Shown: positions 37,880 to 46,500 of the stretch, piece by piece
Layout: every line of letters starts with the position of its first letter
Numbering within the stretch: position 1 is the stretch's first letter
Source: Verrucomicrobiota bacterium
GTDB taxonomy: Bacteria > Verrucomicrobiota > Verrucomicrobiia > Limisphaerales > UBA11358
Assembly: GCA_028872915.1 (NCBI GenBank)
Contig: JAGWNY010000004.1
Span: forward strand, 13,137-77,136
Length of the DNA stretch: 64,000 bases
Direction: 5' to 3'
Translations under genes and position numbers: made by a program
The notes under the pieces: model-generated
Databases searched by the model: none
Told to the model about the DNA's origin: nothing
What the model saw: the letters and a program-made list of their open reading frames with translations, nothing else

Positions 37880-38139
37880 GATATTGCCTGTTCGTAATGG
37901 CGCACACCCGGGGCGTGAATGCGGTAGAGGCGGCCGGTGGTTCCCGGCTCGTCCACGCGGGCAATCAAGCCTTCATCGGCCAGAAATTCGGCCTCGCGGC
38001 GCACCTCGGCCGGGGTGAAATCGTACCGTTCCCGCGCGGCGTCGCGGCCGATGCGCCCGGCGGACAGGGCGATGGGGCGGACGGCGTAAAGCTGGAACAA
38101 AATTTCCTTCCGGATTTGGTTCTCTCTGCTCATAAACAA
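37876..38139 (-). CDS. small winged-helix-like protein, copy B
   Basis: 87 aa: ...QIRKEILFQLYAVRPIALSAGRIGRDAARERYDFTPAEVRREAEFLADEGLIARVDEPGTTGRLYRIH... A paralogue of 36908..37201. Confidence 0.5.
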   Translation of the reverse strand: MFMSRENQIRKEILFQLYAVRPIALSAGRIGRDAARERYDFTPAEVRREAEFLADEGLIARVDEPGTTGRLYRIHAPGVRHYEQAIS

Positions 38140-38154
38140 GGTTCGCGGGTTGTG

Positions 38155-38478
38155 CTATTGCTCCTCATCGGCCGTAGAGATGGTCTTGACGCCGAGGCGG
38201 CCGGCGATCAAATAGAGGTTGCGGGAAATGCCGTTCATTTTTTGGTGCAGCTTTTCCCCGCGCCGGGCGGATTCCACCCGCAGGTCCTCGATCTTGCGGT
38301 CCAGCGCGCCGACGCGGGACTCCATTTCGGCCTTGGTGGCAAATTGCTCCACGATTTGGATATCCAGCGGGGGCCGGGCGGTCACGCGGGTTGGCGCCGG
38401 ACGCCGAAAGAACGCGGCGGCGGCGAGCAGCAGGATGCCGGCGTTGATGCAGGTTGAAATGATATAAACCGCCCTCAT
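38155..38478 (-). CDS. small membrane-anchored coiled-coil protein (phage-associated, unknown function)
   Basis: ATG at 38478 gives MRAVYIISTCINAGILLLAAAAFFRR... (a TM anchor) followed by a coiled coil. The upstream part of track ORF 38155..38757 is Arg/Pro-rich and implausible. Confidence 0.45.
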   Translation of the reverse strand: MRAVYIISTCINAGILLLAAAAFFRRPAPTRVTARPPLDIQIVEQFATKAEMESRVGALDRKIEDLRVESARRGEKLHQKMNGISRNLYLIAGRLGVKTISTADEEQ

Positions 38479-38785
38479 AAGAACTGGAGGTTGTGGCGGC
38501 CGGCGCGGCCCCCGCCGGCCCGCCGCAAGGTTCGGGATAAAACGGCGGGCGCGCCGCAGGGTGAATGGCCGGTCAAGGAGATTGGCCCGGCCGGCGGCGC
38601 GCCCATGACGGCCTTTGTAACAGGCACACAACGGCCGTCGAAGCGGGCAAAGGATGGCGCGCGGGCGGCGTCCTGGCCGCGGTCGGCGGGGCGGGCGCGC
38701 AGCGCATGGGGAATCGGCGAATTGAGATTTGTGTTCATCTGCTATTGGGTTCGGCAAAGATGGCGTCCCGGCGGGGAAATTCGCG

Positions 38786-39328
38786 TCAGAAGGCGAACCC
38801 GGTGCCGAGCATCAAGCCCGGATAGCTGGGTTGACCGCCGCGCAGCATAAAATCGTAGGTGAGTCCAAGCTCGGCGAAGGCGCCATGCGCCAACTGCTTG
38901 CGCATCAACACTTCCGGCTCGACGTAGGCGGCGCGGGAAGGGCGGTCGTATCCGGCGTCCAGGAGGGCGTCGGCCACGAGATCGCCGCGCTGGAGGAGGC
39001 GATAGCCCGCGCCGGCCTGGGCGCGGAGGATGGTTCCGGCGACGCCGGCGTTGTCCATGCGCGCGTTGAGGGCGAGGCGGCCGAAATTTTTTTGGGCGCC
39101 GATGTAATTGGCCCAATTGACGTTGTTTTGCCAGAGGCCGCCCACGGCGACGTCCGTTTCGTTGGAGGGCCAGGATTTGGCGTAATCAATGGTGGAGAGC
39201 CATTGGCCGGCGGTGGAGATGAAGTCCGGTTGGGCGGTTTGGTTGGTGGCATCCGCAAGGGCGGGAAGCGGAAGGCTGAAGGCGGAAAGGAGGGCGAGCG
39301 CCCCCGGCAAACAGAGTATCTTTTTCAT
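38786..39328 (-). CDS. small outer-membrane beta-barrel-like protein
   Basis: 180 aa. Signal peptide MKKILCLPGALALLSAFSLPLPALADA, alternating-hydrophobicity strands, and a C-terminal ...GLMLGTGFAF (aromatic terminus). Confidence 0.55.
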   Translation of the reverse strand: MKKILCLPGALALLSAFSLPLPALADATNQTAQPDFISTAGQWLSTIDYAKSWPSNETDVAVGGLWQNNVNWANYIGAQKNFGRLALNARMDNAGVAGTILRAQAGAGYRLLQRGDLVADALLDAGYDRPSRAAYVEPEVLMRKQLAHGAFAELGLTYDFMLRGGQPSYPGLMLGTGFAF

Positions 39329-39436
39329 ACTGCGATGGAGCCGTTTTTAAGCGGCCCCGGTTGTTTCGGGTTGTTGCGGGGGGCAGACCGCGTTTAACAG
39401 TTCATACTACAACACAGTCCGTGAAATAATTCCACT

Positions 39437-39456
39437 AAAAGTTATGTAACTGATTT
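39437..39456 (+). promoter_or_regulatory. operator-like repeat 1 (AAAAGTTATGTAACTGATTT)
   Basis: Contains the palindrome AGTTA-TG-TAACT. Repeated 54 bp downstream. Lies ~110 bp upstream of the OMP gene start. Confidence 0.3.
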
Positions 39457-39490
39457 TTGCGCGGAAGGTTCTGGGGTGGAACGGGTTCCA

Positions 39491-39510
39491 AAAAGTTATT
39501 TAACTGATTT
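39491..39510 (+). promoter_or_regulatory. operator-like repeat 2 (AAAAGTTATTTAACTGATTT)
   Basis: 19 of 20 positions are identical to repeat 1. An inverted partial third copy (TTGAATAACTTTTT) lies at 39519-39532. Confidence 0.3.
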
Positions 39511-39539
39511 GGCCCGAGTTGAATAACTTTTTCGGAATT

Positions 39540-40040
39540 TCGGCGGGAACGGACGCCAATTTCAGCACGGATGGGGGGATTTTGGACAGGATGGACGGGA
39601 TGACGGGATGGTTTCACCACGGAGGCACGGGGGACAGGGAGAGAGGCGGTGTTGCTGGCGAGGCGCCAGCAACGGCGCCCGGGGCGGGCGCGGTACCGGG
39701 GGATCACGGAGGGGGATTTTGGACAGGATGATTTCACCACGGAGACACGGAGAACGGAAGAATCACCACAGAGGCACGGAGAACACAGAAAAATTATCAG
39801 ATTGTCAGATTGTCAGATTATCAGATTGTCGGATTAGCAAAGGATGCGAAAATTACCACGGAGGTGCGGACGGAGATTTTGGACAGGATGGCGGGATGGA
39901 CAGGATGATTTCACCACGGAGGGGCGGAGGGACGCGGTGTTGCTGACGGGGCGCCAGCAACGGCGCCCGGGGCGGGCGCGGTACCGGGGGATCACGGAGG
40001 GGGATTTTTGACAGGATGACGGGATGAACAGGATGGAAGA
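39540..40040. repeat. twin-hairpin modular repeat, 2 copies (forward orientation) separated by an ATCAGATTGTCAGATT microsatellite
   Basis: Cores at 39648-39697 and 39936-39985. GGACAGGATG units. Microsatellite at 39792-39832. CACGGAG(G/A)CACGGAG units. Confidence 0.85.
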
Positions 40041-40190
40041 CGATTCGCTTGGCGGCGGAAGCCAGCCGGCCTTGCGCATTGTGAAAAGGGTTTTGGGAAT
40101 CTGATTACGCTGGCGGAGTTGCAGGAGGTTCGTCGCCGGCTGAAAACAGAATTGCCCGCCGCACCCACGGCAGAAACGAGGATTTTCTGT

Positions 40191-40225
40191 GTTTCTTTTA
40201 ATGCATTTGAATTGCATGAAGAAAC
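40191..40225 (+). promoter_or_regulatory. imperfect palindrome upstream of the helicase operon (possible operator)
   Basis: GTTTCTT-tta-ATGCA-tttgaat-TGCAT-g-AAGAAAC, ending 40 bp before ATG 40265. A second hairpin, CAGAAA-n7-TTTCTG, lies at 40171-40189. Confidence 0.3.
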
Positions 40226-40264
40226 ATTGCAACATAACGGCGCTCGCATCAAAACAGGCAAACG

Positions 40265-43200
40265 ATGTCCACTCGCTTTTTTACAAATTACAGCGAACAC
40301 ACGCTGTTCAAAAAATTTCGCGGCGTTTTCGAGAGCAATCCGGACATCGAATGGTTCGATGCCCTTGTCGGCTATCTGCGTTCATCCGGTTATTTTGCGC
40401 TCCGGCCATATCTGGAAAAAGTCCCGCGCATCCGCATCCTCGTCGGCATCAACGTGGATGCCATCATGGCCGACTACCATCGCCGCGGCCTTCTGTTTCT
40501 CGCCGATCCCACCAAGGCGCTGGAGGAATTTCGCGACTGGCTCCGCAAGGACATTCAGGGCGCCGAATACAAGCGCGATGTTGAAACCGGCATCCTCCAA
40601 TTTATTGAAGACGTCATTTCCAAGAAAATCGAATTGCGCGCCCATCCCACCAAGCGCCTCCATGCCAAACTCTACATTTTCCGTCCAAAGGGATTCAACG
40701 AGCACAAGCCGGGCGCCGTCATCACCGGTTCATCCAACCTCACGGCCGCAGGAATCGGCGTGGAGGAACAGGTCAGCAACTACGAATTCAACGTTCTCCT
40801 CCATGATTTTGACGACGTTCAGTTCGCCACCGGCGAATTTGAAAATCTGTGGAAAGATTCCGTTGAAATCCTGCCAAAATTCCTGGAGGAGGTCCGGGAC
40901 GGCACGTATTTGGCGGCGGCTGTCTCGCCGCACGAGCTATATCAGAAGCTCTTGCTCGAATACTTTGGCCAGAGCATCGAATACGACCCGAACGCCATCA
41001 CCGACATGCCGGAGGGTTACAAGCGTTTGAGCTACCAGATGGACGCCGTGACGAGCGGCTTCCGATTGCTGGAAAAGCACGGCGGTTTTTTTCTCGCGGA
41101 TGTCGTCGGCCTGGGCAAGACGATGATCGCCACGCTCATCGCCAAAAAATTCTTTTTCCACAACGGTTTCCCCGAACACCGTTCGCACACCCTCATTGTC
41201 GTGCCGCCGGCCATTGAGGACAGTTGGCGCGAAACGGCCAAGGACCAGTTCCGCCTTGATAATTGCGACATCATCACCAACGGCAGTTTGCACAAGGTCA
41301 AGCGCCCGGAAAAATACGACCTCATCATCGTGGACGAGGCGCACAAATTCCGCAACGACACCGCCGAGGCGTTCGACGAATTGCAGCGCATTTGCAAATC
41401 GCCCACGCAGCACTATCTGCCGGACGGCTCGCGTGCGTCCAAGCGCGTCATTCTTGTCAGCGCCACACCGCTCAACAACCGCCCTGACGACATCCGCAAT
41501 CTGATTTCCCTGTTTCAGGATTTGAAGGATTCCACGTTAAGCGTCGCGAACCTTCAGCGGTTCTTTGCCCAGCGGCAGAAGGAATACCAGGAAGCCCACC
41601 GCCAGTCCGACCCGGAAGAAGCCCGGCGGCGTGTGAAGGATATTTACGAACTCATCCGCACCAAGATCATTTCCGAGGTCACCGTGCGCCGCACCCGCAA
41701 TGACCTCATGGAGCATGACGACTACAAGCAGGATTTGGCGACGCAGGGTGTCATTTTTCCCAAAATAGAACCGCCCCGCAAAATTCTGTATCAACTGCCT
41801 CCACCGCTGGAAGACCTCTATGACCGCACCATGCTCCTGCTGTCGCGGACGGACGGCAAAGGGCTGACCTATAATCGCTACCGGGCCATCGGGTTCTTAA
41901 AGCCGGAGAAGAAGCAAAAGTACCAGAACGCCGACCGCATTTCCTCGCAGCTTGCCACGATCATGCGCACGCTGCTCGTGAAACGCCTCGACAGCAGTTT
42001 TCACGCATTCAAGGAATCTCTCCGTCGTTTCCGCGATGCTACCGGCGTCATGCGGGATATGTTTGCGCGCGGCACGATTTACATCGCTCCAAATCTCAAT
42101 GTGACCGAATTTTTGATGGAAGGCCGCGAGGAAGAACTAATCGCCAAAATCGCCGGGCGGCAGCCCACCGACCCCACCATTGAAATCTGTTCGCCGTCGG
42201 ATTTTCAGCCGGGTCTCACGGAAGGGTTGGAATCCGACTGGCAACGGCTCGATGAGCTTTACACCGAATGGAAGAAAGTCGAGGCCGATCCCAAGCTCGA
42301 CGAATTCCTGGCCCGGCTGGAAGACGGCTTGTTCGACCCGAAAATCAATCGGCAACATAAGCTCGTGGTTTTTTCCGAATCCGAGGAAACCACTTCGTAT
42401 CTCCTGGGCAGGCTGACGAAGGCCGGATACAAGCGCGTGTTCACCGTCAGTTCCAAAAATCGCGCGGAACGGATGCCGGTCGTGCGCGCGAATTTCGACG
42501 CCAATTTCAAGGATCAGGCCAACGACTATGACATCCTGATTTCCACGGAAGTCTTGGCCGAAGGCGTGAATCTGCACCGCGCAAACGTCATCGTGAACTA
42601 CGATACCCCCTGGAATTCCACGCGCCTCATGCAGCGCGTCGGGCGTGTGAACCGCATCGGCTCGATGGCGCCCCATATCTATATTTACAACTTTTATCCC
42701 ACGGCCAAGGTGGACGATGACATTGAACTGAAAAAGAAAGCCATCATGAAGTTGCAGGCGTTCCACACCGCCCTGGGCGAGGACAGCCAGATTTATTCCG
42801 AAACGGAGGAAGTGGACAATTTCGGCCTGTTTGAGCGTTCACTGGAGGAGGAAGAACGCGACCAGCGTTTGGCTTTGCTCATGGAATTGCGCCGGTTCCG
42901 CCAGCAAAACCCGGAAGAATTTCGCCGTATCAAGGGCCTGCCGCTCCGCGCGCGCGTGGGCCGGGCGCATGAGCCGCGCGCCGGCAGCACTGTCACTTTC
43001 ATTCGCAGCAACCGGCGCGATGCCTTTTATCGGATGAAGCCGGACGGCGCGTTGGAAGAAATCAGCCTGCTGGAAGCCGCCGATGAATTTCGCGCGCCCA
43101 ATCCCAGGGAAGAGGCCATCCCGCTCCATGCCGCCCATTACGACCACATCAATTCCGCGCTCGCCAAGTTCAAAGAATCGGTTGTTGCCGAGGCGTTGCA

Positions 43201-43549
43201 GGCCGAGACGGTGGACGCCACACAGGGGCCAAATGAACAGCGGGCGCTACGCTACCTCGATGGATTTTCCAGCCTTCCGTTCGTTAACGAGCAGGAACGC
43301 GCGCTGATTCAGGCTGCCAAAGCTGCCATCCGCCGCGCCCGTTTCCAGAATTTGCAGCGGCAAATTAACCAGCTTCAGCGCTCAACCAAAACCGTGAAGC
43401 TGACGCCGGCCGCGCTTGCGGACAAACTCATGCAAATTCTGCGCACCTATCCATTGTTGCAGGAAGATGACAAACCGGTTGCCGCCGCGCCGCGCGCCTT
43501 TGATACCACGCCGGACATCATTTTGTCGGAATCGTTTGATCAGCCATGA
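40265..43549 (+). CDS. PLD-family (HKD) nuclease domain fused to an SNF2/SF2 helicase-translocase
   Basis: 1094 aa. HAKLYIF (nt 40661-40681) and GSSNLT. ADVVGLGKT (GLGKT at 41108-41122). DEAH (41333-41344). SATPLNN. Helicase-C: STEVLAEGVNLHRANVIVNYDTPWNSTRLMQRVGRVNR. The ~290-aa C-terminal tail is unassigned. Confidence 0.85.
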   Translation: MSTRFFTNYSEHTLFKKFRGVFESNPDIEWFDALVGYLRSSGYFALRPYLEKVPRIRILVGINVDAIMADYHRRGLLFLADPTKALEEFRDWLRKDIQGAEYKRDVETGILQFIEDVISKKIELRAHPTKRLHAKLYIFRPKGFNEHKPGAVITGSSNLTAAGIGVEEQVSNYEFNVLLHDFDDVQFATGEFENLWKDSVEILPKFLEEVRDGTYLAAAVSPHELYQKLLLEYFGQSIEYDPNAITDMPEGYKRLSYQMDAVTSGFRLLEKHGGFFLADVVGLGKTMIATLIAKKFFFHNGFPEHRSHTLIVVPPAIEDSWRETAKDQFRLDNCDIITNGSLHKVKRPEKYDLIIVDEAHKFRNDTAEAFDELQRICKSPTQHYLPDGSRASKRVILVSATPLNNRPDDIRNLISLFQDLKDSTLSVANLQRFFAQRQKEYQEAHRQSDPEEARRRVKDIYELIRTKIISEVTVRRTRNDLMEHDDYKQDLATQGVIFPKIEPPRKILYQLPPPLEDLYDRTMLLLSRTDGKGLTYNRYRAIGFLKPEKKQKYQNADRISSQLATIMRTLLVKRLDSSFHAFKESLRRFRDATGVMRDMFARGTIYIAPNLNVTEFLMEGREEELIAKIAGRQPTDPTIEICSPSDFQPGLTEGLESDWQRLDELYTEWKKVEADPKLDEFLARLEDGLFDPKINRQHKLVVFSESEETTSYLLGRLTKAGYKRVFTVSSKNRAERMPVVRANFDANFKDQANDYDILISTEVLAEGVNLHRANVIVNYDTPWNSTRLMQRVGRVNRIGSMAPHIYIYNFYPTAKVDDDIELKKKAIMKLQAFHTALGEDSQIYSETEEVDNFGLFERSLEEEERDQRLALLMELRRFRQQNPEEFRRIKGLPLRARVGRAHEPRAGSTVTFIRSNRRDAFYRMKPDGALEEISLLEAADEFRAPNPREEAIPLHAAHYDHINSALAKFKESVVAEALQAETVDATQGPNEQRALRYLDGFSSLPFVNEQERALIQAAKAAIRRARFQNLQRQINQLQRSTKTVKLTPAALADKLMQILRTYPLLQEDDKPVAAAPRAFDTTPDIILSESFDQP

Positions 43550-46500
43550 CGCGCGACCAAATCCAGTCCACGCTCCGGCAGGAATACAACCAGCAACGCT
43601 GGGTCAGCTTGCTTCGGGAAATCCTGCCGGGCACGGACGTTTTTGCCAGCCCGCAGCCCGTCCCTTCAACCGCGACAAACGTGCCGGAGGCGGTTCAGCT
43701 TGCCCGCGTCCGGCTCGGCGACCGCAAACAACTCGCCGTGTTGCAGGTTCGCGTGGGCGACCGGATTGACTTGCTTCGCAATCGCGTCGGCTTGCGCAAC
43801 CTCGTCGCCCGTTTCATTGACCAGGCCGAATACCACGGCGTGCTGGCGGTGTTCCTCGCGCCACAGTCCGATTTCCGCTTCACTTTCGCCGCGCGCATGG
43901 CGGAATTTGACGACGAAGGCAACCTCATCCGCCGCGAAACCGCGCCGCGCCGCTATACCTATGTTCTTGGCCCCAATGAAGCCTGCCGCACCGCCGCCGA
44001 ACGATTCCTGAAATTGTCGGAAAAGGGATTGGCCGCCACGATGGATGATGTCATTGAGGCGTTTTCCGTCGAAAAATTGAATCAGGAATTTTTCGCCGAT
44101 TTTTCGCGCGCGTTCGAGCGTGTCAAATCCGAAATCCAAAAGCGGAACAGGTGGAAGGAAAAAGTCGCAAAGGAGGAATCGCAGACGCTTCTCAATCGCC
44201 TCCTGTTTTTGTATTTCGTCCAGCGCAAAGGCTGGCTCAACCGGCAGCGCGATTATCTTTTTCGCAATTTCGTCCGTTTCGATAAGGACACGCCGGCCAA
44301 AACCACGTTCCTCGACGGTTTTCTGCGCCCCCTGTTCATCAAATTGAGCACCGAAGGTTCGCAGGCTGATATTCCCGGCCACGATTTGCCGTTTCTCAAC
44401 GGCGGCTTGTTCGCGGATGAATACGGCGACGAACAGCACGACGAAGCCGTTCGCCGCCATTTCGATCTTCAAGTCGGCAACGAAGTTTTCCGCTCCGTGT
44501 TTGAGGATTTGCTTGAACGCTACAATTTCACCATCCAGGAAGATTCACCCACCAATTACGAGGTCGCCATTGACCCCGAAATGCTCGGCCAGATTTTTGA
44601 GGAACTCATCCTTACCAGCGAGGAAAGCGAAACGGCGGGCAAATCCAAGCGGCATGACACCGGCGGCCACTATACGCCCCGGCCAATCGTTCACTATCTC
44701 TGCCGCGACAGTCTGGCCGCGTGGTTGGAAAGCCAGCCGCCATTCATCGGCAAACCGGATGCGGCCGGCCGCGTGCGCAAATTGCTTGCCCTCGACGCCA
44801 CTGAAGGCATTGACGACGACACACGCAATGCGTTGAAAGACATTCTCAAGCCGGAGGAAGCCGCCGTGTTGCTGGACCGCCTGTTTGAACTCCGCGCTTG
44901 TGATCCGGCTGTCGGTTCGGGCGCATTCCCAATGGGTTTGCTGCACGAATTAGTGAATCTTGCCCGGCTGTGCGCCACCCGCGCCGCCGGCAAAGACCCG
45001 GTCCTGGGCGACCGCTCCTGGCTCTACACCACCAAGAAGCGGATTATTGAGCGCGTCATCTATGGCGTGGACATTCAGCCGCAGGCCGTGGACATCTGCA
45101 AACTCCGCCTCTGGTTGAGCCTCATGGTGGATTACGAATTGAGCGCCGACCCGGAAAATTGCGAAGCCACGTCATTCCGCAAGGCATTGAAGGAAATTGA
45201 GCCGCTGCCCAACCTCGATTTCAAAATCCGCCGCGCAAACTCGCTGGTGGATTATATCCACGGCGAGCCGGTGGAATTGAAAAAACTGTCGTCCGAAACC
45301 GGCGCGGGTCTCGCGCTGTCCAAATTGAGCGCGGCCAAGCGCGACTTTTTCAACGCCCGCACCGCCGCCGCCAAGCGCAAACTCCGCCTCGACATCTACG
45401 ACAACATCACTGAACTCGCGAAGATTGAGCTTACCCGCGCCCGCACGGATGCCGCCGGCCTGGGATTTGCGTTGCATGAACGCGACGCCGAGCGCGTCGC
45501 CGAAATTGAAAAATGCCTGCGGGAAATAGCCCGCACTGCCGCGTTGGTCCGCGATGCGCGAAAAATGCGCGCGCAGGCCCAGGAGGACGCGCTGGAGCGC
45601 ATCCGCACAGAATTCGACGACCCGGACAAGCCCACGTTCGTCTGGCAATTCGATTTTGCCGAGGTGTTCCACCGCGAGGAAACGCCGCGCGGTGATTCCT
45701 TGCTCCCTGCCGGGAAACCGGAAAAGCCCGTCGCAAACGGCACGCGCAATGGTTTCGACATGCTCATTGGAAATCCACCATTTATTCGTATTCAAGTTCT
45801 TAAAAAAACTGCCCCAAACTTGGTTAACTACTATAAGACGCGTTACAACAATTCTGCCGGAAAGGGAAATTACGACCTCTATGTCGTCTTCGTAGAAAGA
45901 GGTATCGAACTGTTGCAGCAGAATGGCCAATTGGCTTTCATCGTTCCTCATTCATTTTTGAATACAGAATACGGTGAACCTATTCGCACATTTATCTCCG
46001 GAAATAAGCACGTTAGGCACATTGTTCACTTTGGCCAACACCAGATTTTCCCGAAAGCAACAAATTACGTTTGTCTCTTGTTCTTATCAAAGGCTGGAGA
46101 ATCGCATTTTGATTTCGACAGAGTTGATAATTTCAAGGCGTGGTTAGACACGCACGAAGGAACAAGTGCGAAATTTACTGCCGCACAGATCGGTGCCGGT
46201 GAATGGAATATTACCGTAGGGCACGATGCCGGTTTCTTTGAGCGATTGAAGGCGCTTCCCATAAAACTCGGCAATGTAGCTGAAATGTTTGTTGGACTGC
46301 AAACGAGTGCCGATACTGTTTTTCTTTTTAAGGACACGAAAAAGTCAGACAAGATGCTTACGCGCGTCCTCTCAAAGGAACTAAATCGGGAGGTAGAACT
46401 AGAATCCGCTTTACTCAAACCCGTTGTTCGCAGCGGCGAGATTGGTCGTTATTGGGCAAAGGCAAGCGCACTGGTCCTATTTCCATACAAACTGGTCGGT

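Larger units (their letters stand above)
33499..38478 (-). mobile_element. prophage remnant: packaging module only (small-terminase-like, large terminase, portal) with an internal tandem duplication
   Basis: Portal, TerL and TerS-like genes sit in canonical order on the minus strand. No protease, capsid, tail, lysis or integrase genes follow. The portal stop abuts a host repeat array. Confidence 0.7.

Noticed and set aside
39435-40300. Small ORFs inside the repeat arrays. Examples: 39435..39740(-), 39608..39946(+), 39834..40235(-), 51932..52423(-), 54807..55133(-), 55145..55507(-), 30872..31510(+), 32877..33284(+).
   Set aside because: All share the same peptides (...RYRARPRAPLLTPRQQHRL..., ...ILSILSSCPKSPSVIP...), which are produced by the twin-hairpin repeat in one frame or another. 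They most likely reflect repeat sequence rather than genes.
40119-41030. ORF 40119..41030(+), 303 aa, overlapping the 5' end of the helicase gene.
   Set aside because: It has Ser/Pro/Arg/Thr-rich composition and lies out of frame with the HKD and SNF2 motifs, which clearly define the real frame starting at ATG 40265.
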